From: an uncultured Alphaproteobacteria bacterium
GTDB lineage: Bacteria > Pseudomonadota > Alphaproteobacteria > Sphingomonadales > Sphingomonadaceae
NCBI GenBank assembly: GCA_963811255.1
Contig: CAWEQI010000005.1
Location: 8,893-72,892, forward strand
Length of the DNA: 64,000 bases
Direction of reading: 5' to 3'
The position numbers were made by a program, and so were the translations under genes. Positions within the stretch are counted from its first letter, which is position 1, and the number at the start of each line of letters is the position of its first letter. Under the pieces are notes generated by a model, which was not told where the DNA came from, did no database searches, and saw only the letters and a list, made by a program, of their open reading frames with translations. This document shows positions 49,821-58,332 of this stretch, one piece after another.

Positions 49821-50792
49821 TCAATTGTCGCCCCACCCCGGCCCCATGTGGTAGGGCACGCCCACGCCGACCGCTTCGACCTGGCGGATGAGGCCGTTGT
49901 CGATCTTGAAGGATTCGGCGAGCAGAATCGAGCTGGGCTTGTTGAAGAAGCCGACGTCGACCTTGGTGCCGTTCGGCATGGTCAGGGTCTTCTTGCAGCC
50001 GCAGTGGTCGAACACGGCGAGCGAGAAGACTTCCTGACGCTCCTCGTCGATCACCGCGAAGCGGCGGTCATGCACCTTGGTCACCACGCCGTAGAGCCCG
50101 GTTTCGAATTGCGCCTTGCAGCCCATGCCGCCGATATCGACCGGGCCCATCTTGACGATGCCGGGATTGTTAGTGGTGGCAGTGCCGTTCTCCAGCCGGT
50201 TGCAGTCGGGGGTGAACGGGTAATAGCCCTTGCCATCGTTGTTCTGGATGCCGTCGAAATAATAGTTGGCGACCTGGGCCAGCTCCTGGCGCGAAAGGTG
50301 TCGCGCGGTCGGGGCGTTCCACACCGGGTTGGGCACCTTCATCTTCTCGAGGTTGGCATAGCCGGCGTCGTTCCACGCCGGCCCGCCGCCGGTGCGATAA
50401 GTGATCAGCTCGATCTCGGAGATTTGGTTGACCTGCAGCTTGACCCGCATGCCGAGGACGAGGCCGTGGCCGTTCTCGTCCATCGTCGCGTAGACCCCGA
50501 ACTGGCCGGTGGCGGGATCGGCGATGACGTGGCGATAGGCGCCGACCTTGTCGGCGGTCTGCCACAAGCCGTTGTCGAGAGCCATTTCCTGGCCGTTCTC
50601 GGTGTAGCGCACATCGGGCGCCAGCGGCAGGCTCTTGGCGTCGTGGTGGGCGAGCGCGGTCAGCACTTGGCCGGCGAGATCTTCCATGCACGCCCGCTCG
50701 CACGGCAGCTTGACCGTGCCGGCCGCCGCGGCGGGCGCGGCGAACGACAAGGCGGCGGCGGCCATGGCGGCGGTGGTCAGTCTGGTGAGCAT
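49821..50792 (-). CDS. exported hypothetical protein, paralog of 48840-49763
   Basis: Signal peptide, then CERACM. Blocks HD..SLPLAP.VRYTENG, ISEIELI, NRLENG and AESFKIDNGLIRQVEAV. AGGGGGA RBS 15 nt after the MFS stop. Confidence 0.7.
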   Translation of the reverse strand: MLTRLTTAAMAAAALSFAAPAAAAGTVKLPCERACMEDLAGQVLTALAHHDAKSLPLAPDVRYTENGQEMALDNGLWQTADKVGAYRHVIADPATGQFGVYATMDENGHGLVLGMRVKLQVNQISEIELITYRTGGGPAWNDAGYANLEKMKVPNPVWNAPTARHLSRQELAQVANYYFDGIQNNDGKGYYPFTPDCNRLENGTATTNNPGIVKMGPVDIGGMGCKAQFETGLYGVVTKVHDRRFAVIDEERQEVFSLAVFDHCGCKKTLTMPNGTKVDVGFFNKPSSILLAESFKIDNGLIRQVEAVGVGVPYHMGPGWGDN

Positions 50793-50807
50793 GGTTTCAT
50801 TCCCCCT

Positions 50808-52223
50808 TCAATTCATCCGCCCTTCGGCGGCGTCCTCGGCATTGAGGCGTTCGACCTCCCGACGGAAGGGCTTGAGGCCCATCCAGTTGACCACCAGCGC
50901 CAGCGGCATGAAGATCGCGTGCAGCAGCATCAGCGACCATTTGAGGTCCGCGGGCGAGGTGAACACGTAATCGGTCGTCAGCCCGGTGATCAGCGGTGCG
51001 AGGCCGACGGCGACGACGGTGTAGATGAACAGGTACAGCGTCATCACCTGCCCGCGGATCTGGTTGGGGGTGATCGCCAGCATCACCGCGTTGAGCATCG
51101 GCCCGCTCATCCCGAGCGTGAGGAAGGCGACCGCGTTGAAGGCCATCGACAGGCCTGCGGTGGGCATTACCGGCATCAGCACGGCGAACGGGATCGCCAG
51201 CAACCGGGTGTAGACGATCACGCGATAGGCCCCAGCGGGGTCGCCGCGGTTCTGGAACCATTCGGCCCACTTGGTGCCGAGGACCAGCCCGAGCGACATG
51301 ACGGCGAGCGAAAGCACGCCCGAGATCATGCCGTATTCGGCCGGCGACCAGCCGTAGGTCCGTTGGAAGAAGGCCGCGCCCCACTGGCGGCTGCCGACGT
51401 CGAGCGAGCCGAGGGTGAGGCCGATGAACAAAGGCCCGAACACCGCAAAGTGCAGCCACAGGTAACGAACGGTGGTCATGAACCCGGCCTTGTCGGTCGC
51501 CAGCCGCATGTTGCGCCGCGCCGGCTCCCTGATCGTCAGCAGCAGCAGCGAGACGAGCAGCCCCGGCAGACCGACGCCGATCAGCACCACCTGCCAGGGC
51601 TGCAGCGCGCCGACCAGCGGCAGGGTCGGCGCGCCCCAGTGCGCGACCAGCCAGATCACCACTCCGCCCGCCAGCAGGGACAGCCCGCCGCCCGCGACCG
51701 AACCGATCTGCATCACCGCGACCGCCCGCGGCAGCCGCTCGCGCGGGAAGCAGTCGGCGGTGATCGAATAGGCGGTGGGGCCGTTGAACGCCTCGCCCGC
51801 GCCGACGAAGAAGCGGGCGATGAACAGCTGGGTGAAGTTGGCGGCGAGGCCGGTGGCGGCGGTGGCCAGGCTCCACACGATCAGCCCGCCCATCATGATC
51901 CACTTGCGCGTCCAGCGGTCGATGTAGCGCGAGAACGGCACCGCCACGAACGCGTAGAACAGCGCCTGGGTCGGCCCAAGCAGCCAGCCGGCCTGGGTGT
52001 CGGTCAGCTGGAACTGCTCCTTGATCTGCTGGATCAGCAGGCCGAGGATGTTCTGGTCGAGCAGCGCGAACGTGGTGATGACGGCGAGGACGCCGACGGT
52101 GTACCACGCCTGGCGCGGCGGCGGGAACGCCTCGGTGTCGATCGGCACGGCGGAAGCGGCGCTGGCGCCGGAATCGAATGTCGGCGGCATCGCCAGCTCG
52201 CCGCCGCCTTCAACGCTCGCCAT
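50808..52223 (-). CDS. MFS transporter
   Basis: Polytopic, 471 aa. FSRYIDRWTRKW loop motif. AGGAAAGGG RBS. Confidence 0.85.
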   Translation of the reverse strand: MASVEGGGELAMPPTFDSGASAASAVPIDTEAFPPPRQAWYTVGVLAVITTFALLDQNILGLLIQQIKEQFQLTDTQAGWLLGPTQALFYAFVAVPFSRYIDRWTRKWIMMGGLIVWSLATAATGLAANFTQLFIARFFVGAGEAFNGPTAYSITADCFPRERLPRAVAVMQIGSVAGGGLSLLAGGVVIWLVAHWGAPTLPLVGALQPWQVVLIGVGLPGLLVSLLLLTIREPARRNMRLATDKAGFMTTVRYLWLHFAVFGPLFIGLTLGSLDVGSRQWGAAFFQRTYGWSPAEYGMISGVLSLAVMSLGLVLGTKWAEWFQNRGDPAGAYRVIVYTRLLAIPFAVLMPVMPTAGLSMAFNAVAFLTLGMSGPMLNAVMLAITPNQIRGQVMTLYLFIYTVVAVGLAPLITGLTTDYVFTSPADLKWSLMLLHAIFMPLALVVNWMGLKPFRREVERLNAEDAAEGRMN

Positions 52224-52316
52224 CTGCCACCCTTTCCTCTTCCTTCCCGATCAGTGTCTTACCGCAGCAGGGCGCCGGCGGCGAGCGGTGAAGGGGCGCC
52301 CGCCGCCGACACCCGT

Positions 52317-54982
52317 TCAGAAGCTGCGCCGCACCGACACACCCCATTCACGCGGACGACCGACCTGGCCGTAGGCATAGCCGAAGTTGTTCAGCAGGTT
52401 GGTGATGCCGACGTAGTAGAGCTTGTCGGTCAGATTGGTGACGTAGCCGGCGACCTGCCACGACTTGTCCGGGCTGTACCAGGTGATGCGGGCATTGACG
52501 ATCGCGTAGCCCGGCTGGACCGGGATCGGATCGATCAGGCTGGTCGTGTAGTAGATCTTGCTTTGGTAGGTCACGTCGAAGTGCGGCACCAGGCTGCCGT
52601 GCGAGCCCATGTCGATCTCGTACTGCGTGCCGAAGGTCAGCTTCCACTTCGGCACCTGGGTCTGCGGGCTGGCGAGCGTGGTCGAGTTGAGGTCGCCCGT
52701 CGGGTTAACCCCCGGCGCCAGCGATTCTTGTAATGGAAATCGGTGTAGCCGAGCGCCGCGGTCACCAGCCACTCGGGCACAGGCCGGGCCTCCAGCTCGG
52801 CCTCGAAGCCCTTGATCGTCGCGTCGCCGCCATTGCCGTAATAGAAAATGGTGCAGGGCCGCGCGGCCGGCCGGTTGGGTGCCCGGGATGCAGCCGTTGG
52901 TGTTGGACAGCAGGAAGGTCTGGATGTCCTTGTAGTCGGTCCAGAACGCGTCGGCGTTGAAGCGCACGCGGTGGCCGAGCAGCAGCGACTTGAAACCGGC
53001 TTCGTAAGCCGAGGCGTGCTCCGGCCCGAAAGTCAGGTTGACGTCGCCGGGGAAGAACGGCCGCGGATCGTTGCCGCCCGGCGGTGAAGCCGGTCGAGTA
53101 GGCTGCATAGAGAAGCACGTTGGGCGTGACCTGGGCATTGAGCGACACGCGCGGGTTCCACTGGTTGATCGTGCTGTCGGGCGCCGCGCCTTGCAGGTTC
53201 GGCGGTTGGCCGACGTTCTGCCGGAAATACGAATAGGTCTTTTTCTCATGCGTGTAACGCAACCCACCTTCGATCGAGAACATGTCGTTGAAAGCGAAAT
53301 CGGCGTGCGCGAAGCCCGAGATGTTCTTCACCGTCGACTTGTCGTCGACATACATGTCGAGCAGGAACGGGATCGCGCCGTAGGGCGGCTGATAGATCGA
53401 AAAGCCGGCCGTCTGCACCCGCCCCGAGTTGTCGTTGAAGGTATCGAGGTAGAACGCGCCCAGCGTGTAATGCAGCCGATCGTTGAACGCCGAGCCGTTC
53501 AGGCGGAATTCCTGGGTGAACTGGTGGTGCGCCACCTCGTTATAGGCCTCGCGCATGGGCAAAGCGAAGTCGCTCTGGCCGAATTCGCCGGTGTAGCGGC
53601 GATAGGCGGTGATCGAGAGAAGGTCGATGTGGTCGCTCAGGTTGATGTCGAGATTGTTCGACACGCCCCAGGACTTGACCGTGTTGACGTTCGGGTTCTG
53701 GAACTGCTCGAGCGAGTTGCCCCCGCCAGGATTGCCGAAGATCGCGTAGGATACGTACGGGATCCTGCGGATTAAGCGCCGCGAGCAGGGCCGCGACTTG
53801 CGGCGCCGACGGATCCAGCGTCGCCGGCGTTCCCGGGGGAACCGTCGCCAGCGGATTGGCGAGCCCGTAGAGTTGCCCCCAAGGGCCGCCGATGAACAAG
53901 GCAAGCCCGTTAGGCGTGTTCGGCGGCCGTGCCGGGCCACTGCCGTCGGGCAGCAACGTGTTATCGGCGAAGGAGACACCGTTGCTTCCGGGCAGCAGCG
54001 TGCTCGGTCGGGCGCCTCGGACCGGTCGTCGGTGTAGTCGGCCTCGATGTTATCTTCCCAGCTGCCGCTGTGGACCCGCAATTGTCCGCGGGTGGTGAAC
54101 ACGTTGCCGCCGCCGAGCGTGCCGACCTGGCAGCCGTTGCGGGTGCCGCCGGTCCCGCCGTCGTTGTCGAGACCGGTCTTGGGCAGACGTGCCGGCGACG
54201 TCAGGATGGGCGCAGGCGAAGTTGAGCAGCTTAACCCAGCCGTCGCGGCTGTTGTAGCTGGCGGCGAGCCGCAGCGCGGCCACGTCCTTGACGATCGGCA
54301 CGTCGATCGCGCCCTTGATCTGGTAGTGGTTGAAGCTGCCGTAGCTCGCCTCGACGTAGCCCGAGTTGTCGCCCTGCGGCTTCTTGTTGAAGATGCGGAT
54401 CGCGCCGCCGACCGAATTGCGGCCGTTGAGGGTGCCTTGCGGCCCGCGCTCGATCTCGACTCGGTCGATGTCGAGCAGCTCGAACACCGAGCCGAAGGTC
54501 GTCGCGTAATAGACGTCGTCGATATAGAAGCCGACCTTGGGCTCGAAGGCGAAGCTGAAGTCGATCTGGCCGATGCCGCGAATGAAGGCCTGGTTGGTCT
54601 TGCCGAAGCCGTCGCCGCCTTCCGTCATCGTCACGTTCGGCGCGGCCTGGGCGACGTCGACCACGTTGGTGATGCTGCGCTGCTGGATCTGGTCGGAGTT
54701 CACCGCGGTGATCGACATCGGCACCTTCTGCAGCGCCTGCGAGCGGAACTGCGCGGTGACGATGATCTCGTTCAGTTTCCCGCTGTCGTTGTCCTTGCTG
54801 CTGGTGTCCTTGGCAGCCCCACCTTTGGCGGCGGCGGTGTCCCCCTTGTCCTTGTCCTGAGCGAGCGCCGGAGCGTTCAAGGCAAGGCCGACGGCCAACG
54901 CCGAAATGCACCCGAGCCACCGCGCTCGGTGGGCCACCGTGCGGCCAGTGCGTTTACGCGAATTCTGAAGCCAATCTTCCAT
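52317..54982 (-). pseudogene. TonB-dependent receptor, multiply frameshifted
   Basis: GGGAGAG RBS. Signal peptide and plug (NEIIVTAQFRSQALQKVPMSITAV, IERGPQGTLNGRNSVGGAI) are followed by barrel segments in shifting frames and terminal REWGVSVRRSF. At least 6 junctions, near 54190, 54015, 53775, 53080, 52860 and 52725. Confidence 0.85.
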
Positions 54983-55025
54983 CGGTGCTCTCCCTTCCAC
55001 CGTTGCTGAACCTGATATTCGATCC

Positions 55026-55745
55026 TTACCCCCAGCGCCCCGGTTCCGGCCCCATCACGGCGACCGGAAACAGATCCTCGCGGATGGCCTGCACTGACGG
55101 CCGCTCGGCGATCCGCCGGAGCCAGGCCTCGACCACCGACGGCACGGCCAGGCCTAGCGTGCCGAACTGCGCAAGGTGCGGATAGACGGCGATGTCGCCC
55201 AAGGTGATATGCTCGCCAGCGAGCCATTCGTTGCCAGCCAGATCGGCGGCGACGCGATCGGCGGCGGTCAGCATGGCCTTCGTCGAGGCCTTGAGCTGGT
55301 CGGCCCCGAAACCCTCGACGGCCCTGCGCCACAGAGCGGCGCGCTCCGGCAGCAACCGCTCGAGCCGCGTGCGCGCCGACGCCGCCATCCGTCCGCCGAG
55401 CGCCGCCCAGCGGACAATCGCGAGGTGCGGCGCGATGTGCGTTTCGACGTATTTGCCCCACTTGCGCGCGGTGTAGCGCTGGCGCGGCCCGTCGCCGATC
55501 AGCAGCGGCTCGGGATGGGTCTCGTCGAGATATTCGAGGATGGCGAAGCTCTCGAACAGCTTGCGGCCGTTCTCCTCGAGCAGCGGCACGGTCCCGTGGC
55601 AGTTGATCGCCAGGTATTCGGGCGAGTGCTGCTCGTGGTGGACCATGTCGAGCTTGTGCAGTTCGGGTTCGAGGCCTTTCTCGGCCAGGACGATGCGAAC
55701 GGCCGCGGAATGGGCGGAGCCCGGCGCGTAATGCAACCGCATCAT
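55026..55745 (-). CDS. glutathione S-transferase family protein
   Basis: GST N-domain (LHYAPGSAHS...INCHGTVPLL...ESFAILEYL) and C-domain (WLAGEHITLGDIAVY). ATGA-type overlap with the upstream GST. Confidence 0.85.
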   Translation of the reverse strand: MMRLHYAPGSAHSAAVRIVLAEKGLEPELHKLDMVHHEQHSPEYLAINCHGTVPLLEENGRKLFESFAILEYLDETHPEPLLIGDGPRQRYTARKWGKYVETHIAPHLAIVRWAALGGRMAASARTRLERLLPERAALWRRAVEGFGADQLKASTKAMLTAADRVAADLAGNEWLAGEHITLGDIAVYPHLAQFGTLGLAVPSVVEAWLRRIAERPSVQAIREDLFPVAVMGPEPGRWG

Positions 55746-56524
55746 GCGGCTGCCACCTCTTCCACGCCCAGGCGCTGGCGCACTTCGGCCGCCCGCTGGG
55801 TGATGAAGCCTTTGCCCATTCCGAGCGCCGCCTGCAGGCCTGGACGCGCATGGCACGCCCGCAGCCAGCGCATCAGGTGCGGACTGGCCCGGTCGTTCAC
55901 TTCGTTCTCGCGCCCGATTGGCAGAGCGTAGAACGTGGCGAACACGCAGATGTCCGCCAGCGAGAAGGTTTCTCCGGCGAGCCACTCCTCGTCTGCCAGG
56001 ATGCCGTCGAAGCGGCGGATGGCGTCGGACACCCGGCGTTCGGATTCCGCGATATCCTCCGGCGGGGTCGCCTGGAACATCAGCTTTTCCCAGGTGGCCC
56101 GCCGCTCCGCAAGCGGGATGCGGTCCAGCTTGCGCCTGAGTTCCTGCGGGTCTTCCCCGGCGAAGCGCGGGGCGGCGAGGCGGTTCGAGGCGATCATCGC
56201 CAGCGACGGGGCGACGACGTTGTCCATGAAGCGCATCAGCACCCGCATCTGCCAACGGCGGAACGGGTCTTCCGGCCGCAGCGGCGGTCCGGCGAAAGCC
56301 TCGTCGATGTATTCCATCGCCGGGGTCGATTCGGTCATCACGAAGCCGTCGTGGACGATCGCCGGGATCGTCCCGTCGGGGTTGATCGCCAGGAACTCGG
56401 GCGCGTGGTGCTCGTGCGCGCCCATGTCGACGTAATGATAAGTGAACGGAACGCCCTTCTCATGCAGGCAGAACAGCGGTTTGCCCGAATTGGCGTTCGG
56501 CTCCCACGTGTGGACCTCAAGCAC
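55742..56524 (-). CDS. glutathione S-transferase, LigF (beta-etherase)-like
   Basis: ANSGKPLFCLHEKG...INPDGTIPAIVHDGFVMTEST...LRPEDPFRRWQMRV...FSLADICVFA parallels my recollection of Sphingobium LigF. GTG start chosen at 56524; the upstream ORF part is encoded by the repeat. Confidence 0.75.
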   Translation of the reverse strand: MLEVHTWEPNANSGKPLFCLHEKGVPFTYHYVDMGAHEHHAPEFLAINPDGTIPAIVHDGFVMTESTPAMEYIDEAFAGPPLRPEDPFRRWQMRVLMRFMDNVVAPSLAMIASNRLAAPRFAGEDPQELRRKLDRIPLAERRATWEKLMFQATPPEDIAESERRVSDAIRRFDGILADEEWLAGETFSLADICVFATFYALPIGRENEVNDRASPHLMRWLRACHARPGLQAALGMGKGFITQRAAEVRQRLGVEEVAAA

Positions 56525-56585
56525 TCTCCCCCCTCTCCCAAAGGGCTGTGTTTTTTTGGCGACCCACGACGGGTGTAGCGACGCG

Positions 56586-56600
56586 TTTGATTCGGTCAAT
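56586..56600. promoter_or_regulatory. AT-rich 15-mer TTTGATTCGGTCAAT upstream of the GST pair
   Basis: 13 of 15 identical to TTTGATACTGTCAAT at 59256-59270. Imperfect palindrome TTGA-N5-TCAA. 62 nt upstream of the GST start. Confidence 0.35.
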
Positions 56601-56619
56601 AAGGGGCGAATAGATTCTC

Positions 56620-56698
56620 CCCTCCCACTAGCGGGAGGGACAGGAGGAGGGTCATAAAGCCAGCCCCCTCCCCTAACCCCTCCCGCAAGCGGGAGGGG
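56620..56698. repeat. two GC-rich hairpins (CCTCCC-loop-GGGAGG type)
   Basis: CCTCCCACTAGCGGGAGG (56621-56638) and CCCCTCCCGCAAGCGGGAGGGG (56677-56698). The second lies 10 nt downstream of the stop at 56708 and may act as a terminator or REP. Confidence 0.6.
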
Positions 56699-56707
56699 CA
56701 TGCAGGC

Positions 56708-57505
56708 TCATTTGAACTCGGTGTGGCCCTCGGCGTCGACCGGATTGCGGTCGTTTTGCGAACATTCGAACTCGAGCAGCTTGCCGTAACGATCGCGCTG
56801 GTAGCGTGCGGTGGTGTGGAACGGCTCGGCCAGGGCCTCGGGATCGGTCATCGTCATCTCGTCTTCGAGAATGTCGTGATTCTTGGGATCGAGATGAATC
56901 CGCTCGACCAGGTGGAACTTGTCCGAGTGCGGATAGCCGGTCGAGATGTCGAGCGCGGGATCGATGCCGATCGTGTCGACCACCAGCGTATCGCCGTCCC
57001 AGTGGCCGATCGAATCGCCCATGTAGGTCGGGTCGGGATCGACCTGGTGCTTGCGCCCGTCGGTCCAGATCGTGCGCGTCTGCATCCATGCTTCCTGGTT
57101 GATCGTCACCCGGCCGGGGGCGAAGATGAACTCGTAGGGATACTGCGCCAGGCGCATGATCCCCGGCATGCCCGGCGGGCTGCAATACGAACGCTCACGC
57201 GGAATCTGGCCGTGGTTGGCCTTGGCCTCGGCGACCATCGCGTCGTGCTTCTTGAGGTACTCGCCCTTGAGCTGGGGCTGCGGCTGCTTGCCGACGCCCG
57301 GGACCGGCCCTTGAAACGTCAGGAACCACACGCCGCCCCAGTCGGGCAGCTTGTCGAGCGCCGCGTAGTGCCCCTTGGGGTTGGCCGCGCCCTGCCCCGG
57401 CTTGACGCCGGCCGGCGGGGGCGACTTGGTCGGCGCGCCGAGCTGGGCGGCGGCCGGCGTGGCAAGCAACAGGGCGGCGAGCGGGAGCGCGAACGACAGC
57501 CGCAT
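56708..57505 (-). CDS. exported hypothetical protein, type A (A2)
   Basis: Signal peptide MRLSFALPLAALLLATPAAAQ. Blocks CSPPGMPGIM and GHWDGDTLVVDT are shared with 58322-59236. The start overlaps the upstream stop by 1 nt. Confidence 0.75.
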   Translation of the reverse strand: MRLSFALPLAALLLATPAAAQLGAPTKSPPPAGVKPGQGAANPKGHYAALDKLPDWGGVWFLTFQGPVPGVGKQPQPQLKGEYLKKHDAMVAEAKANHGQIPRERSYCSPPGMPGIMRLAQYPYEFIFAPGRVTINQEAWMQTRTIWTDGRKHQVDPDPTYMGDSIGHWDGDTLVVDTIGIDPALDISTGYPHSDKFHLVERIHLDPKNHDILEDEMTMTDPEALAEPFHTTARYQRDRYGKLLEFECSQNDRNPVDAEGHTEFK

Positions 57506-57918
57506 CAGCCCGCCTTGCCCGAGCTGGGCTTGCCCGAGGTCATCTGCCCGAGCGTGGTGCCGTCGGCGAGCTTGATCGCGGCGAAGCTGCCGCCCTTGTC
57601 GCCGCTGCGCAGCGGGTGCACGAACAGCGTCACGTGATCGCCGGGCTTGACGGTCGTGCGCTTCCAGCCCTCCTGCACGAGGTTGTTGGGCGCGGTCATC
57701 TCGATCGCCCAGTGCTCGGCGCCTTCGGGCGCCTTGACGTCGGCCTCGATATAGCTGTGCGGGTTCTGCCACTTGAATTTGGTGATGGTGGCGTCGAGCG
57801 CGACCGTCTTGGTCATGTCGAACATGGCGTAGGAATGGTGCGCGGCCGCCGGGACGCTGACGAAAGCCAGCGCGGGGAGCAGCCAACGGCTAACAGGATG
57901 GATCATCGCATGTCTCAC
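57505..57918 (-). CDS. exported small protein, type B (B2), DUF6152-like (tentative)
   Basis: Signal peptide ends PAAA and is followed by HHSYAMFD. WQNPH and VKPGDHVT blocks. Paralog of 57922-58332. Start is either GTG 57918 or ATG 57906. Confidence 0.75.
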   Translation of the reverse strand: MRHAMIHPVSRWLLPALAFVSVPAAAHHSYAMFDMTKTVALDATITKFKWQNPHSYIEADVKAPEGAEHWAIEMTAPNNLVQEGWKRTTVKPGDHVTLFVHPLRSGDKGGSFAAIKLADGTTLGQMTSGKPSSGKAG

Positions 57919-57921
57919 AAT

Positions 57922-58332
57922 CTAGAGCTGCGGAACGTTCACCGGCGTGCCGTTTTTCGGCAGTCCGGAATCGAGCACTTTACCATTGGGGAACTTCAAG
58001 TCGAGGAACAGCCCGCCGGGCTGGCCGTCGCGCAATGGATTCATCCGCACGGTGACCTTGTCACCGGGCTTGACGATGTCGCGATTCCAGCCTTGGCGCT
58101 TCAAATTGTTGGGGCTGTTGAGCTCGAGGCTCCAGCGGGTGGTCTTGCCGCCGTCGGGCACGTCGACTTCGAGGAATGCGTGGGGGTTGGTCCACTGGAA
58201 CTCGTGGACCGTGCCGTCGAGCGTCATGATCTTCTTCTGGTCGAACATGGCGAAGCTGTGGTGCGCTGCCGCCGGGACGGCAACCGCCGCGACCGCGCAC
58301 ACCGCGGCCAGCGCGATGCCTTTATTTATCAT
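57922..58332 (-). CDS. exported small protein, type B (B1), DUF6152-like (tentative)
   Basis: Signal peptide ends PAAA and is followed by HHSFAMFD. WTNPH and VKPGDKVT blocks. The start overlaps the A1 stop region by 11 nt. Confidence 0.75.
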   Translation of the reverse strand: MINKGIALAAVCAVAAVAVPAAAHHSFAMFDQKKIMTLDGTVHEFQWTNPHAFLEVDVPDGGKTTRWSLELNSPNNLKRQGWNRDIVKPGDKVTVRMNPLRDGQPGGLFLDLKFPNGKVLDSGLPKNGTPVNVPQL

